From: Aquificaceae bacterium
GTDB taxonomy: Bacteria; Aquificota; Aquificia; Aquificales; Aquificaceae
Direction of reading: 5' to 3'
Length of the DNA: 51,753 nt
Assembly: GCA_041640635.1 (NCBI GenBank)
Contig: JBEPZX010000009.1
Span: 1 to 51,753 of the forward strand
The position numbers were made by a program, and so were the translations under genes. The notes under the pieces were generated by a model. The model ran no database searches. It worked only from the letters and a program-made list of their open reading frames with translations, and was not told the DNA's origin. Below, piece by piece: positions 29,428 to 39,629 of this stretch. The first letter of the stretch is position 1, and every line of letters begins with the position of its first letter.

Positions 29428-30235
29428 CTTTTTCTGGATATTGCTGTTTCTGATTTTTATGCTTTCTCCTTTATGGAAAAGGACTATGCTAAACAGAGCC
29501 AGAGAGTCCATAATAGAAAGCCTAGAAGAAGAAAGGGGTAGCAGAGTCATTACACTTATCCATAGACAAGAAAGCTTGGGATTTTTGGGTATTCCCATGT
29601 TTCGTTTTATAAACATAGAAGATTCAGAACAAGTGCTTAGAGCTATAAGAATGACACCCGAAAATATGCCAATAGATCTGATTGTTCACACACCTGGTGG
29701 GCTTGCACTGGCTGCAACACAGATAGCCAACGCTTTGGTAAAACATAAGGCGCCTGTAAGGGTAATCGTTCCCCATTACGCTATGTCTGGAGGCACGTTG
29801 ATAGCTTTGGCTGCTGATGAGATAATTATGGATCCTAACGCCGTTTTGGGTCCGGTGGATCCACAAATAGGTCAATTGCCAGCAGCTTCTATTTTGAAGG
29901 TTGTTCAAACCAAAGACCCAAAGGACATAGATGACCAAACGCTTATACTTGCGGATGTAGCACAGAAAGCCATAGATCAAATGGTAAATTATATAACGTG
30001 GCTACTTAAAACAAACGGTATGGCTGAAGAGAGAGCAAAGAATATAGCCATAGAGCTTGCCACTGGCAAATTTACGCACGATTACCCATTAACAGTGGAG
30101 CATCTTGGAAACCTTGGTTTAAATGTATCTACTCAAGTTCCACAGCAAGTTTATACACTTATGTCTTTATATCCACAACCCCTTGGATCTCAAGTTCCTT
30201 CAGTTCAATACATTCCTGTTCCTTACAAACATTAA
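29408..30235 (+). CDS. SDH-family (DUF114) ClpP-fold serine protease
   Basis: N-terminal TM; LIHRQE, HTPGG, AMSGGT, LGPVDPQ and THDYP motifs. Confidence 0.88.
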   Translation: MDPLIFNFFWILLFLIFMLSPLWKRTMLNRARESIIESLEEERGSRVITLIHRQESLGFLGIPMFRFINIEDSEQVLRAIRMTPENMPIDLIVHTPGGLALAATQIANALVKHKAPVRVIVPHYAMSGGTLIALAADEIIMDPNAVLGPVDPQIGQLPAASILKVVQTKDPKDIDDQTLILADVAQKAIDQMVNYITWLLKTNGMAEERAKNIAIELATGKFTHDYPLTVEHLGNLGLNVSTQVPQQVYTLMSLYPQPLGSQVPSVQYIPVPYKH

Positions 30236-31107
30236 ATATTAGTTATTTTCGAAGTTACTTCATAAACAGAGTTAAACACAGTTATTGAATCATGAATTGC
30301 GTCACGTATATTTTCCACCTTTTGCACAACCTGGGATATAGATTCCAATTCGTGATTTATAAATTCATTTAGATAACTTATAGCTATCTCTATGGCTTCT
30401 GAAGTATCTTTTACGTTATCAAAACTTGACTTAACGGTGAGCATTTGCTGTTTCATACTGTTAAATGCTTCTTTTAGCTCTTCTATTGAGGATACAGATT
30501 TTTCCACCTTCTTGGTTAATCCGCCAAGAATTACAGAAACATCTTGAGTGAGGGTATCTATTTTGGCTGACAGTTTTCTTATCTCTTCCGCAACTACAGC
30601 AAAGCCCCTTCCAGCTTCGCCTACACGCGCTGCTTCTATAGCAGCATTTAGTGCCAAAAGGTTTGTTTGATCTGATATAGCCGCAATATCAGAAACAATT
30701 TTGACTACATTCTCACCAACTTTGGCCAAATCTTCTATGAGAGTGACAATATTTTCAACCTGTTTTGTGTATACTTCCAACTCACTGACACTTTTTTCCA
30801 CAATTTCACCTACTTTTTCTGTACCTTTTACCGCATCTTTCATTGTTTTATCAATTTCTTCGGAACTGGCAACAATTCTGTTTACAGAGTCCTTTATTTT
30901 CTTTATGAACTCCATTGCTTTTTCTATATCCATAAGGTTTTGCTTAAAGGTGATTGAAGAAGTTTTACCTATGTAAGATATCAATGAAGGAAGGTACGCG
31001 CTTTGCAAAGTATTTCTACGAAGGGAACGAGCAACCTTCACACCTAACAATTCAGTTGATACTTCATCTGTAGCACCTTTAGAGTTATTTTTTCTAAAAA
31101 GGGCCAT
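30232..31107 (-). CDS. Soluble methyl-accepting chemotaxis protein
   Basis: QTNLLALNAAIEAARVGEAGRGFAVVAEEIRKL signalling hairpin; no TM segment. Start MALFR follows GGAGG. Confidence 0.9.
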   Translation of the reverse strand: MALFRKNNSKGATDEVSTELLGVKVARSLRRNTLQSAYLPSLISYIGKTSSITFKQNLMDIEKAMEFIKKIKDSVNRIVASSEEIDKTMKDAVKGTEKVGEIVEKSVSELEVYTKQVENIVTLIEDLAKVGENVVKIVSDIAAISDQTNLLALNAAIEAARVGEAGRGFAVVAEEIRKLSAKIDTLTQDVSVILGGLTKKVEKSVSSIEELKEAFNSMKQQMLTVKSSFDNVKDTSEAIEIAISYLNEFINHELESISQVVQKVENIRDAIHDSITVFNSVYEVTSKITNI

Positions 31108-31108
31108 T

Positions 31109-31882
31109 TTATCTTCCTCCGTATACCTCATCGAGTATATCTACACCACACCTTAGACCTTCTAGCCAATAGAAGAATTTCTCTACCATTGGTTTACCCT
31201 TTATAATAGCACCATGCTGAGGAGCTATGGTTTCAATATCGTATCTTCTTACTATATTAAGCCATTTCTTAATAACGGAAGAGCTGGCCAAGTATCTTCT
31301 ATGAAAGCCTTCCATAAGCTGCACATGGGACTCAAAATCTTCTACTATTGGGTAAGGCTCATCCTTAAACACTGCCGCACCCAAGTCACCACTGAAGAGG
31401 ATCTTGGATCTTGGATCGTATAGTTGAAGATTACCTACAGAGTGTAAAAAGTGCGCTGGTATGATTTCCAGGTAATCTCCAGAAGACAGCCTTATTCTTC
31501 CACCACCGTCATCGATAGGTACAATTCTTGACAAATCCATTATACCAAAGTGAGGTAAAAACCTGGTCCAAAGCTTAGAAACGTAAACTTGAGCAGGACA
31601 GACGTTAAGCCATAGAGCTATACCCGAAGATACATCTGGATCTTGATGCGTATAGAAGATGTGCTTTACTTTTTCTATGTCTATCCACCTAGAAACATTT
31701 GCAACCACCTGTGGAAATACGTAAATACCTCCTGGATCCAATAAAACACCTTCATCTCTGTTGATTATTAAGTATTGATTGGTCTGCACAAGACCTTCTT
31801 CTTCCTCTTCTTGCCATCCAAGCCAGATAAATTTGTGAACACCATCGTCATAAAGTGCCTCTCCTCTCTTTATATCTATCAT
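31109..31882 (-). CDS. Oxygen-binding di-iron protein (ODP), MBL fold
   Basis: NQYLI, LDPGG, HQDPDV, AHFLH, LFSGD, FHRRY and APQHG motifs; directly upstream of a soluble MCP. Start MIDIK follows AAGGAGG. Confidence 0.85.
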   Translation of the reverse strand: MIDIKRGEALYDDGVHKFIWLGWQEEEEEGLVQTNQYLIINRDEGVLLDPGGIYVFPQVVANVSRWIDIEKVKHIFYTHQDPDVSSGIALWLNVCPAQVYVSKLWTRFLPHFGIMDLSRIVPIDDGGGRIRLSSGDYLEIIPAHFLHSVGNLQLYDPRSKILFSGDLGAAVFKDEPYPIVEDFESHVQLMEGFHRRYLASSSVIKKWLNIVRRYDIETIAPQHGAIIKGKPMVEKFFYWLEGLRCGVDILDEVYGGR

Positions 31883-31887
31883 GGCTT

Positions 31888-33333
31888 TTACCTCCTTCCA
31901 TAAGTATAACATAAATTGTAGAGTTTGTTTTCAAGTTCTTGAGAAGGGATCTCGTTCATCTTCCACAACCAATTTCCATCCCTTTTACCTGGAGTATTCA
32001 TTCTACTTTCTTTATCAAAATTAAGTATATCTTGCATAGGTATAATGCAGTACTTGGAGACGGACATATAGGCAAGTCTTACAAGCACAGGCGCTACTTG
32101 CTCTTCCCTTAAACCTTCCACTCCTAAATAGTTAAGAAGTCTTTTTCTCGATTTTTCGTCTAATTCTTCTTTGAACCAACTTCTTATAGGCATGGTGTCG
32201 TGCGTGCTTGTAGCAACCAAGGAGTTTTGGACGTGATTGTGTGGCATGTAAGGGCTGTTATCGTCAAAAAATGCAAAGTATAGAAGCTTAATACCTGGTA
32301 TACCAAAGTCATCCCTTACCTTTTCTACCTCTGGTGTTATTGTGCCAAGGTCTTCTGCAATAAAGGGCATATTAGGAAAGCTTTCTTTTAGTTTGCCAAA
32401 AAACTCATAAGCTGGAGCTTCCACCCAAGAGCCTTTTATGGCTGTTTTCTCACCGTAAGGTATCTGGTAATACTCCACAAATCCCCTAAAGTGGTCAAGT
32501 CTCAAAAGGTCATACAGCTTAAGATTGTGGCTTATCCTCTGTATCCACCAATCAAAGTTTCTCTTTTGCAACTCTTCCCAGTTGTAAAGAGGATTTCCCC
32601 AAAGCTGTCCGGTGGGTGAAAAGTAGTCTGGTGGGACACCTGCGACAAAGGTGGGATTTCCATCTTTGTCTAACTTAAAAATTTCTCTGTTGGCAAAAAC
32701 ATCTGAGCTATCATAGGCTGGATATATGGGAAGGTCTCCCATAATCAGTATGCCTTTTTTGTTTGCGTACTCTTTTAGTTTATACCATTGTTTAAAGAAA
32801 ATGTATTGTCCAAAGGCTACTTTTCTAACTTGGTGCTCATGTTTGTATAACTCTTCCCACTGATTCCAAGTTTTTTTGTGTATATTTCTATTAATCTCAA
32901 ATATCGTGTAATCATCAAGCCAATACCTTTGTTCATCAACAAATTCATAAAATTCATCCCAATTTTTAAATTTTTCATAAGCTTTTTGCACCACCCATTC
33001 CTTAGTCTTATAAGCATGTATGTAATCTACTTTATCGCCTGTTGGAAATTTAATACTTTCTAGTTCATCTCTTGTTAATAGCCCTTCCATAAAAAGAATT
33101 TCTGGGCTAACAAACAAAATGTTACCTGCAAACAGAGATGTGCTAAAGTAAGGTGAGTTCCCAAACTCAAGCTTTGTAGGGTTCAAAGGTAGCACTTGCC
33201 ATATTTTTTGCCCTGCACTCTCCAAGAAATCCACAAACTCGTAAGCTTTTGGTCCCATGTCACCTATGCCAAACTCAGAGGGTAAAGAGCTTATGTGTAA
33301 AAGGATACCCGCGAATCTCTTAAATTTTTGCAT
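31888..33333 (-). CDS. malQ: 4-alpha-glucanotransferase (amylomaltase, GH77)
   Basis: GILLHISSLP, GDLPIY, GVPPDYFS..GQLWGNP, RLDHFRG, AEDLG, THD and RMNTPG motifs. Start set at MQKF. Confidence 0.95.
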   Translation of the reverse strand: MQKFKRFAGILLHISSLPSEFGIGDMGPKAYEFVDFLESAGQKIWQVLPLNPTKLEFGNSPYFSTSLFAGNILFVSPEILFMEGLLTRDELESIKFPTGDKVDYIHAYKTKEWVVQKAYEKFKNWDEFYEFVDEQRYWLDDYTIFEINRNIHKKTWNQWEELYKHEHQVRKVAFGQYIFFKQWYKLKEYANKKGILIMGDLPIYPAYDSSDVFANREIFKLDKDGNPTFVAGVPPDYFSPTGQLWGNPLYNWEELQKRNFDWWIQRISHNLKLYDLLRLDHFRGFVEYYQIPYGEKTAIKGSWVEAPAYEFFGKLKESFPNMPFIAEDLGTITPEVEKVRDDFGIPGIKLLYFAFFDDNSPYMPHNHVQNSLVATSTHDTMPIRSWFKEELDEKSRKRLLNYLGVEGLREEQVAPVLVRLAYMSVSKYCIIPMQDILNFDKESRMNTPGKRDGNWLWKMNEIPSQELENKLYNLCYTYGRR

Positions 33334-33347
33334 AAAGGAATTATAAG

Positions 33348-36077
33348 TTAGAACCATTTGTTATACATTACTGAAAAAACATAATTTGTTTCTTTAAACC
33401 TACCTATATTTCTTGAAAAACCAAATTCTACAGCCAAATTGTCACTTTTGAGAAAATTAAAGCCATATCCTCCGGAGAATTTATACAAAAGGCCACCCAA
33501 ATTGTTATACCCTAATCCCATGTTTATAAATGGTCTTGCTGTTCGTGTGTATAGAAACTTATTGTCGTAGCCAAAGGACATTTCCAATCCAGCTTGCCAG
33601 TAAGATTGTGGCAAGAACCTATAATTTGGTATAGGTGTAAGATTGTTTAGAAAACCTTTGTGTCCTTCCTTTTCTTGGTAAAAGTTATTTTGATAGTAAG
33701 TTCTAAAGGTAAAGTCTGGATAGCCAATCCTCAGTTTGTAGTAGGCATCAATATTAAATTTACTGGCACTGCCTACTTTATAACCATCTTGAGAAAAAAT
33801 CCTATCGTAAAAATAGGACAAACTAAGCGATGCTCTATTGTAAGTGTAGCTTACCCTCACTGCAACCTCATTTTTCTTTCCAGCGATCAAAGTGTATACA
33901 GAATCATCCGCTTTAATGTCCTTCCCAAACGATATATACAGGTTCAATCTGTCTTGCAAGTAATAGGAAAGACTGAGCTCAATGGGTTTAACTTCCTTTA
34001 TAGCATTCCTTACCCCAAAGCTACCGCAAATCTGTCCCTTCTGTATTTCATAGCAAGGCTCTACTGAAATTTCTAAATCTGAAGATGGTAAATTGTATAT
34101 AACACCTTGATCTTTTGAATGATATACAGACAAAATTGAGTTTAATGTTGTAATCAATACATCAGAAACCATATACTTGAAGCCAATCTTAGATGAAACT
34201 AAAGAATAGAACTTAGAAGATAAAAAATCAGACTCCACATAAAATTTGTTAGAAGAGTTCATGTAAAGATCCCTAAACTGGTTATATAAAAGGTAATCTT
34301 CCCTGTTTTTTTCCAAACCTTGAAATGCTAAATCTTTAGCTAAAGCCTTATTTACCGATCTTTCTGCGGCGGTCACTTTATCCCTTATTGGAAGTTCTAC
34401 AAGGCTTTCTTCTAACAATTTCATCTGTTTATCTTTATCCCAATCTACGATTGCAACCATAAGTTCCATCCAGCTTCTTACAGAATGACTATGCTTAATT
34501 GCCACTTCTTTAAACTTTTCATGCTCTTCAAGGTTTATAAGGTGAGCTAGATACATTTCCCAGTAGTTACTTTCTCTGATTCTGTCCTTAAATCTTTCCT
34601 TCATCCTTTCGTAGGAAACCGGATCAAACTCTCTGTAAAGATTTAACAACATTTCGAGTTCAGAGGAGTTTAGAGAATCCACTGGGACTTTCTTTAGTTT
34701 TTCAAACAGAGAATACCTAATAAACCTTGCTTCTTCAGTTCTACCAGACAACTCCAATATATAGGAATATGTGTATCTATCCGAGTCGTCCAGAGGACCT
34801 TTAATCGATGTAAAGATTCTTTGTGCTGATAAAGAATCCTGCAACATTAACCATCCAGAGACAAATGGGATTTTGAGATCCGTTCTATCGCTCCTTAACA
34901 CGTATTCTTCGTAAGTCTTTAAAATTTTCTCAAGCTTAACAAAGTCTCTTACATCTATTACAAGCCATGTGTAGCTCTTTAGAACTTCATCATCAAAACG
35001 TGTTTGTAAAATTTTTTCATATATTGACAAGGCTTTCCGTTTGTTACCTGTTTCTATTAATCCTTTTGTATAAAAGTATAAAAAGGTAGGATTACCAAAA
35101 GCTAAGGACTCAACATCTACAAGTTTTTCCATCTTCTCTATATAGTCCCTTTGCCATCCCACCTTATCAGCTGCGAGAAGGTACCTAAGTAGGAAAAACT
35201 CGTTCTTAAATTTATTGTAGCCTTCCAAAGATAGTTCTAAGGCTTTCTTTGGGTTTTCTTTCAGAAGGTAATCGGTGACAATTAGGTAATTGTCATATGT
35301 AGCTAAACCTCTATCAACCAAATTCATTGAATTGTTAAAAGCTATTTCTTTTTCACCTATCCCCCAGGCTATTAAAGATATACTTAAGAGCACATCACGT
35401 TCAACCTCTTCTCCCTTCTTTTCTTTCAGCAGTTTATAGCTCAATAAATACTCTAGAGACTTCTTAAAGTTCCTGTTTGCAAAATAGTAGTCCGCTAGTA
35501 TCCTATAGCCAACTTCCCAATTAGGATCTACCTCTAAATAAGCTTTAACATAAACTTCATAATCTGGCAAGCCATACTGATAACTCAGTAAGGCTATATG
35601 CTTAAGTACTTGCACATTATTGCTTTTTTGATAGAGTTCTTTTAAGAATCCCATTCCCCTATCAAACTGTACCGTATCCAAAATATAGTAAACATAAGAG
35701 TCAAGGAACTTCCAGTTCCCTTTGCTAAGTTCTCTTTCGTAAATTTCGATAGGTTCTTGAATAAGCCCCTTTAATTTAAAGAGCTCCAGCATAGTTTCGT
35801 CATATCTTCCCTCCTTTTTGTAAAGGGTCAAGGCGTACCTTAGTGCATTGTCTAAATCTCTTCTCCATAGTGCAATTTTATAAGCCCACTCTAAAAAGTA
35901 AGTGTTATTGGGCATTTCCTTAAGAGCTAGTTCCACAACCTTAGAAGCTGTTGATAAATCATTGGCTCCCAACGAGGTTTTTAAGAGCGTATCGTAGTAT
36001 GTGAATTCATCAAATTTTTCAAGAGCCTTTCCAAAAGCTAAACTGAAGAAGCACAGGATTATTAGAACCTTCTTCAT
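33348..36077 (-). CDS. pelB: PelB-like outer-membrane export protein (TPR + beta-barrel), C-terminal part
   Basis: Own signal peptide, helical TPR-like region, beta-rich C-terminus (LRIGYPDFT) ending in WF; lies in the pel cluster. Confidence 0.75.
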   Translation of the reverse strand: MKKVLIILCFFSLAFGKALEKFDEFTYYDTLLKTSLGANDLSTASKVVELALKEMPNNTYFLEWAYKIALWRRDLDNALRYALTLYKKEGRYDETMLELFKLKGLIQEPIEIYERELSKGNWKFLDSYVYYILDTVQFDRGMGFLKELYQKSNNVQVLKHIALLSYQYGLPDYEVYVKAYLEVDPNWEVGYRILADYYFANRNFKKSLEYLLSYKLLKEKKGEEVERDVLLSISLIAWGIGEKEIAFNNSMNLVDRGLATYDNYLIVTDYLLKENPKKALELSLEGYNKFKNEFFLLRYLLAADKVGWQRDYIEKMEKLVDVESLAFGNPTFLYFYTKGLIETGNKRKALSIYEKILQTRFDDEVLKSYTWLVIDVRDFVKLEKILKTYEEYVLRSDRTDLKIPFVSGWLMLQDSLSAQRIFTSIKGPLDDSDRYTYSYILELSGRTEEARFIRYSLFEKLKKVPVDSLNSSELEMLLNLYREFDPVSYERMKERFKDRIRESNYWEMYLAHLINLEEHEKFKEVAIKHSHSVRSWMELMVAIVDWDKDKQMKLLEESLVELPIRDKVTAAERSVNKALAKDLAFQGLEKNREDYLLYNQFRDLYMNSSNKFYVESDFLSSKFYSLVSSKIGFKYMVSDVLITTLNSILSVYHSKDQGVIYNLPSSDLEISVEPCYEIQKGQICGSFGVRNAIKEVKPIELSLSYYLQDRLNLYISFGKDIKADDSVYTLIAGKKNEVAVRVSYTYNRASLSLSYFYDRIFSQDGYKVGSASKFNIDAYYKLRIGYPDFTFRTYYQNNFYQEKEGHKGFLNNLTPIPNYRFLPQSYWQAGLEMSFGYDNKFLYTRTARPFINMGLGYNNLGGLLYKFSGGYGFNFLKSDNLAVEFGFSRNIGRFKETNYVFSVMYNKWF

Positions 36078-36862
36078 CTTCTATTAACTATCTTGTTTAC
36101 CAACTGAGCTGCTTCTTTCTGTTTGCCAGCCATGAGTAAGTACTTAATCATTTTGAGTTCAGCCTCCTTATCTCCAATGAACCTATCCCCAAAAGTGTTT
36201 ATTAGCTTTTCACCTACATTATATTCGGACATGGCAAGGGACATATCTAAGAGCCTGAAGAAAAGTTGCTTGTCTATGGTTTTGCTTTTTATGAGATCTT
36301 CAGACAACTGCTTATAAAAATCGGATAAGCTCAAGGCGATAGCTTCGGATAGTAAGAATTCAACGTTTTTAGAATCTCCTTTGTAAAGCTGGTAAAGTTC
36401 ATAGAAAGCTTGGCGTAGCTTATGTTTATCTACTTTACCTTCTAGGTACATTTTCTTTATGATAGAGAACTTAAACTTTGCAATTTCCTGTTTCGTATAA
36501 CCTTCTTTTTCCAAGTTTTCTATTTCCAACATGGCTTCATCGAACCTACCTGCGTATAGAAGCTTATCTATAAGTATGGTTTTGTACTTTTTTCTCTCTT
36601 CCAGCGTCTGAGAAGCTACGGAAAGTGCTCTCAAATACTTTATGGAGAGGTCTACATTGACCTCCTTTGAGCCTAAAAGATACCTATCAAGGTCCAGCTT
36701 AGGATAAAGGAAATAAAAGACAGTAAGCGAAATAAGTAACAAAGCTAATATTTCTTGAAAGGAGAAAAAAACAGATGACGGTTCTCTTTCTAGATTTAAA
36801 TAAAATTGAACTTTATCTGTTCTCTCTCTACGTAAGCTAAACAGAACTTTTTTAACAGGGTT
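36074..36862 (-). CDS. PelB N-terminal-like TM/TPR protein; start uncertain (frame open to 36862; TTG 36742, CTG 36844, or frameshift from ATG 36909)
   Basis: A TM helix followed by VDLSIKYLRAL...TILIDKLLYAGRFDEA resembles the PelB N-terminus; ATGA overlap with the next gene. Confidence 0.7.
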   Translation of the reverse strand, partial: NPVKKVLFSLRRERTDKVQFYLNLEREPSSVFFSFQEILALLLISLTVFYFLYPKLDLDRYLLGSKEVNVDLSIKYLRALSVASQTLEERKKYKTILIDKLLYAGRFDEAMLEIENLEKEGYTKQEIAKFKFSIIKKMYLEGKVDKHKLRQAFYELYQLYKGDSKNVEFLLSEAIALSLSDFYKQLSEDLIKSKTIDKQLFFRLLDMSLAMSEYNVGEKLINTFGDRFIGDKEAELKMIKYLLMAGKQKEAAQLVNKIVNRR

Positions 36863-36911
36863 TTATCTAGTTTACCTGTTAATACATGTATAATTTTTAC
36901 AATCAACATTA

Positions 36912-39629
36912 CTACTTACACACAATACTGATTTTACCAATATTTTCGTTAAACTTAACTTTATATAGATTTTCAACAAGATTAACTTTACCATTGGTCT
37001 TCATATTGCAACCAGAGGGTACATAGAAAGTAGCTTCTAAGCTAAGATGTGAATCAATTGTTAGCTCTATATCTTTCCCTTCCCTTGTATAACTTTTTAC
37101 TACACCGTTGGCGTCTACCACGTAAGGAGCATCACTCTTGCCTTTGACTATCAGGTAATCCCCTGATCCATCCAAATGTAAATAGGTAGATCCGTTAATA
37201 TTTTTGTAACCTACCACACCTTTACTTTTCACTAAATCTATATAAATATCTTCATCTATTCTCAACGTTCTTAGAAATCCACCGTTTCTAACCATCAAAC
37301 TTCCATCTTCCAATGGTATGAATGTAGATACTCTAAAATCCAAAACCTTTTTAATGTACTCAAGGGTATGGAGTGGAACAGTTTCTTGAGTTATGACCCA
37401 ATCGTATACTTTTTTGAGAGCATTAAGAAACATATTTGTTGACCCGGAGAATATATGGTAGTATATGCCTATAGGTTTTATTCTATAGGGTTTATCCGTA
37501 ATCTGAAAAGTCTTTACGACGTTTGCATACCTATACTGAAGTAAACCTCCCTGAGTATAAACATTCTCATTTATGACAGGTGCGTATACCTGATAGTAAC
37601 CTTCTTTATCAACACCCGTGGGTGAAAGCAAAGATAAAAATGGATGCTCAGAATGTATCCAAGTATTCCCACCATTTATGTTGTAAAAACCTTTTTCGTA
37701 AACAAATTTCACTTCTTCAGGTGTAGGATTACAGTATCCTGTCCAAAAAACTATCTGAGTTTTTTTAGGAAAAGCCAGTTTGTCAACGTACAATACACTC
37801 CCCAAGATCTCCCTCTCAAAGTTGTACTTATATCCGGGTATTTTGAGGTTGTAACCTTTATGCTCTTCCCCTTGTTCAGAAACCTTGTAGTAATTGAAGG
37901 GGTGAGAAAATGTATGAGTAGCTGGTTCTACATAAGGTAAACTGAACGTCTTTTTTACTATTTCTTCTAGTAACTTGTGCTGATCGTTTGGATATGCACC
38001 ATGAGGTGCCACTTCACCCTCTATTATGCCCAAGGTTGTAGGAAGTCTATACTTCTTTAACATTTCTTCCAATATTACTTCTGAGGCGTAAGTGTAGCCT
38101 TTGACTTGTGTCTTTTGGTTAAAGCCGTCACCATCTATATGGACGGTTAATATCCTTCTTCCGTTTTCTGTAGTTATCGGGTCAGCTACAGCAAAAGGCT
38201 TTATATCTTTAACCAGCTCTTTAAAAAATAGGAATGGGTTAACTACAAAAAAATTTTCAATGATGTACCTTACATATGTACCACTCAGAGCGTAACCACC
38301 CCAAGGTGTAAAGGCTATTGGTACATACCTCGATGATCCATTTGTGTAGATAAGCATAGGTACACCTTCCGATATATGCACTATTGGATCAAATTCAGGC
38401 TTAGCTTCTATTTCGAAATTCATCATTTCTGATTTATAATCAAGCATCCAGCTACTTTGAGATGTATTCTTAAGAGTTATCCCTAACCGTTTGAGGAAAT
38501 CAGGCTTATAAGATGGCAGGTTATCAATGAACAAAAATTTTACTCCATGTGATACATTCTCAAGGATCCAATTCTCTAAGTCTCGAATATTAACCGAAGA
38601 AGTACTCGCCCAGTATACTACTAAACCATACCTGTCCCACATTGGGAACGGAGGTAAACCCTTCGAAATATCCCATATATCTACACTTATTCCATAGTAT
38701 TCCAAGTAAGGCTGTACCAACTGATTTATGTTATTAAAGTAAGGATCTTCAGCATCTTTATAATCCTTAGAATTAAAAATACCTAGAGCTTTTCTGGGTT
38801 TTGGAGTGCAAGGCGAAATACCAATCACGTTTAAATCTTTTACCGAAACAAAAGGAATCATACCCAAAGAAGAAATTTGCTTTAGTAAGCTTTTAGCTTC
38901 CTTTGTTTGCTTTGGTAGATCCATATAATCAACAACTATCACCGGTTTTTCTTGATTGATTTTGGATATTAGGTTATACAAGTACTCTCTATCTTGAGTA
39001 GTTGTAGGAACGTATCTCTTCTTTTCTAAGTCAAATTTGTGATAGAAACTCTCTACTAATACTGCATCTATAGAATCCTTTACATTTTGATATATTTCAA
39101 ATCCTCTGTTTAGTATAATCTTTTTTTCTGGATATTTCTCTTTTAGCTTCCGAATTATTGCTTTTAATCCACTCTCAAACTCTGCATATTCGTGTTTTTT
39201 TGCAACTATTTGGTATGAGTCTAATGTATCTAAGAAAAATCCATCGAATCCCAGTTTGGCAACTTTGTCAGCTTTTCTGAGTATAAACTCATGGTACTCG
39301 GGATTTCTAACGTCGGCAACGTAAGATTTCCAGTATTTGTTTTCGCCTATTATCCACTCTTTTTTAACTTGTTTAAATTCCTCTCTGAAGGGTTCTATCT
39401 CCCCAACACTTATGTACCCAAAAAGCTTAGCCCTTTTGCCTTCAAACATAAGCCTTTTTTTAGTGAGAGTTTCTTTGGCAGCATCTGGATCTAAAACGAT
39501 CCAATCAAAGGCATAAAACATCTCCAATGGTGGGTTTTCAGCGTAGTAAACACCTACACACTTTGGATAGTTGGAGGCAAAAGAGAAAGACATAATAATC
39601 AAACTAACGACGAAGTGCAAAAGTCTCAT
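36912..39629 (-). CDS. pelA: PelA bifunctional glycoside hydrolase / polysaccharide deacetylase
   Basis: YISVGE, GFDGFFLDTLDSY, NRGFE, TENGRRI, HIDGDGF, HTFSHP, NENVYT and YYH motifs. Start MRLL follows GGAGG. Confidence 0.9.
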   Translation of the reverse strand: MRLLHFVVSLIIMSFSFASNYPKCVGVYYAENPPLEMFYAFDWIVLDPDAAKETLTKKRLMFEGKRAKLFGYISVGEIEPFREEFKQVKKEWIIGENKYWKSYVADVRNPEYHEFILRKADKVAKLGFDGFFLDTLDSYQIVAKKHEYAEFESGLKAIIRKLKEKYPEKKIILNRGFEIYQNVKDSIDAVLVESFYHKFDLEKKRYVPTTTQDREYLYNLISKINQEKPVIVVDYMDLPKQTKEAKSLLKQISSLGMIPFVSVKDLNVIGISPCTPKPRKALGIFNSKDYKDAEDPYFNNINQLVQPYLEYYGISVDIWDISKGLPPFPMWDRYGLVVYWASTSSVNIRDLENWILENVSHGVKFLFIDNLPSYKPDFLKRLGITLKNTSQSSWMLDYKSEMMNFEIEAKPEFDPIVHISEGVPMLIYTNGSSRYVPIAFTPWGGYALSGTYVRYIIENFFVVNPFLFFKELVKDIKPFAVADPITTENGRRILTVHIDGDGFNQKTQVKGYTYASEVILEEMLKKYRLPTTLGIIEGEVAPHGAYPNDQHKLLEEIVKKTFSLPYVEPATHTFSHPFNYYKVSEQGEEHKGYNLKIPGYKYNFEREILGSVLYVDKLAFPKKTQIVFWTGYCNPTPEEVKFVYEKGFYNINGGNTWIHSEHPFLSLLSPTGVDKEGYYQVYAPVINENVYTQGGLLQYRYANVVKTFQITDKPYRIKPIGIYYHIFSGSTNMFLNALKKVYDWVITQETVPLHTLEYIKKVLDFRVSTFIPLEDGSLMVRNGGFLRTLRIDEDIYIDLVKSKGVVGYKNINGSTYLHLDGSGDYLIVKGKSDAPYVVDANGVVKSYTREGKDIELTIDSHLSLEATFYVPSGCNMKTNGKVNLVENLYKVKFNENIGKISIVCK

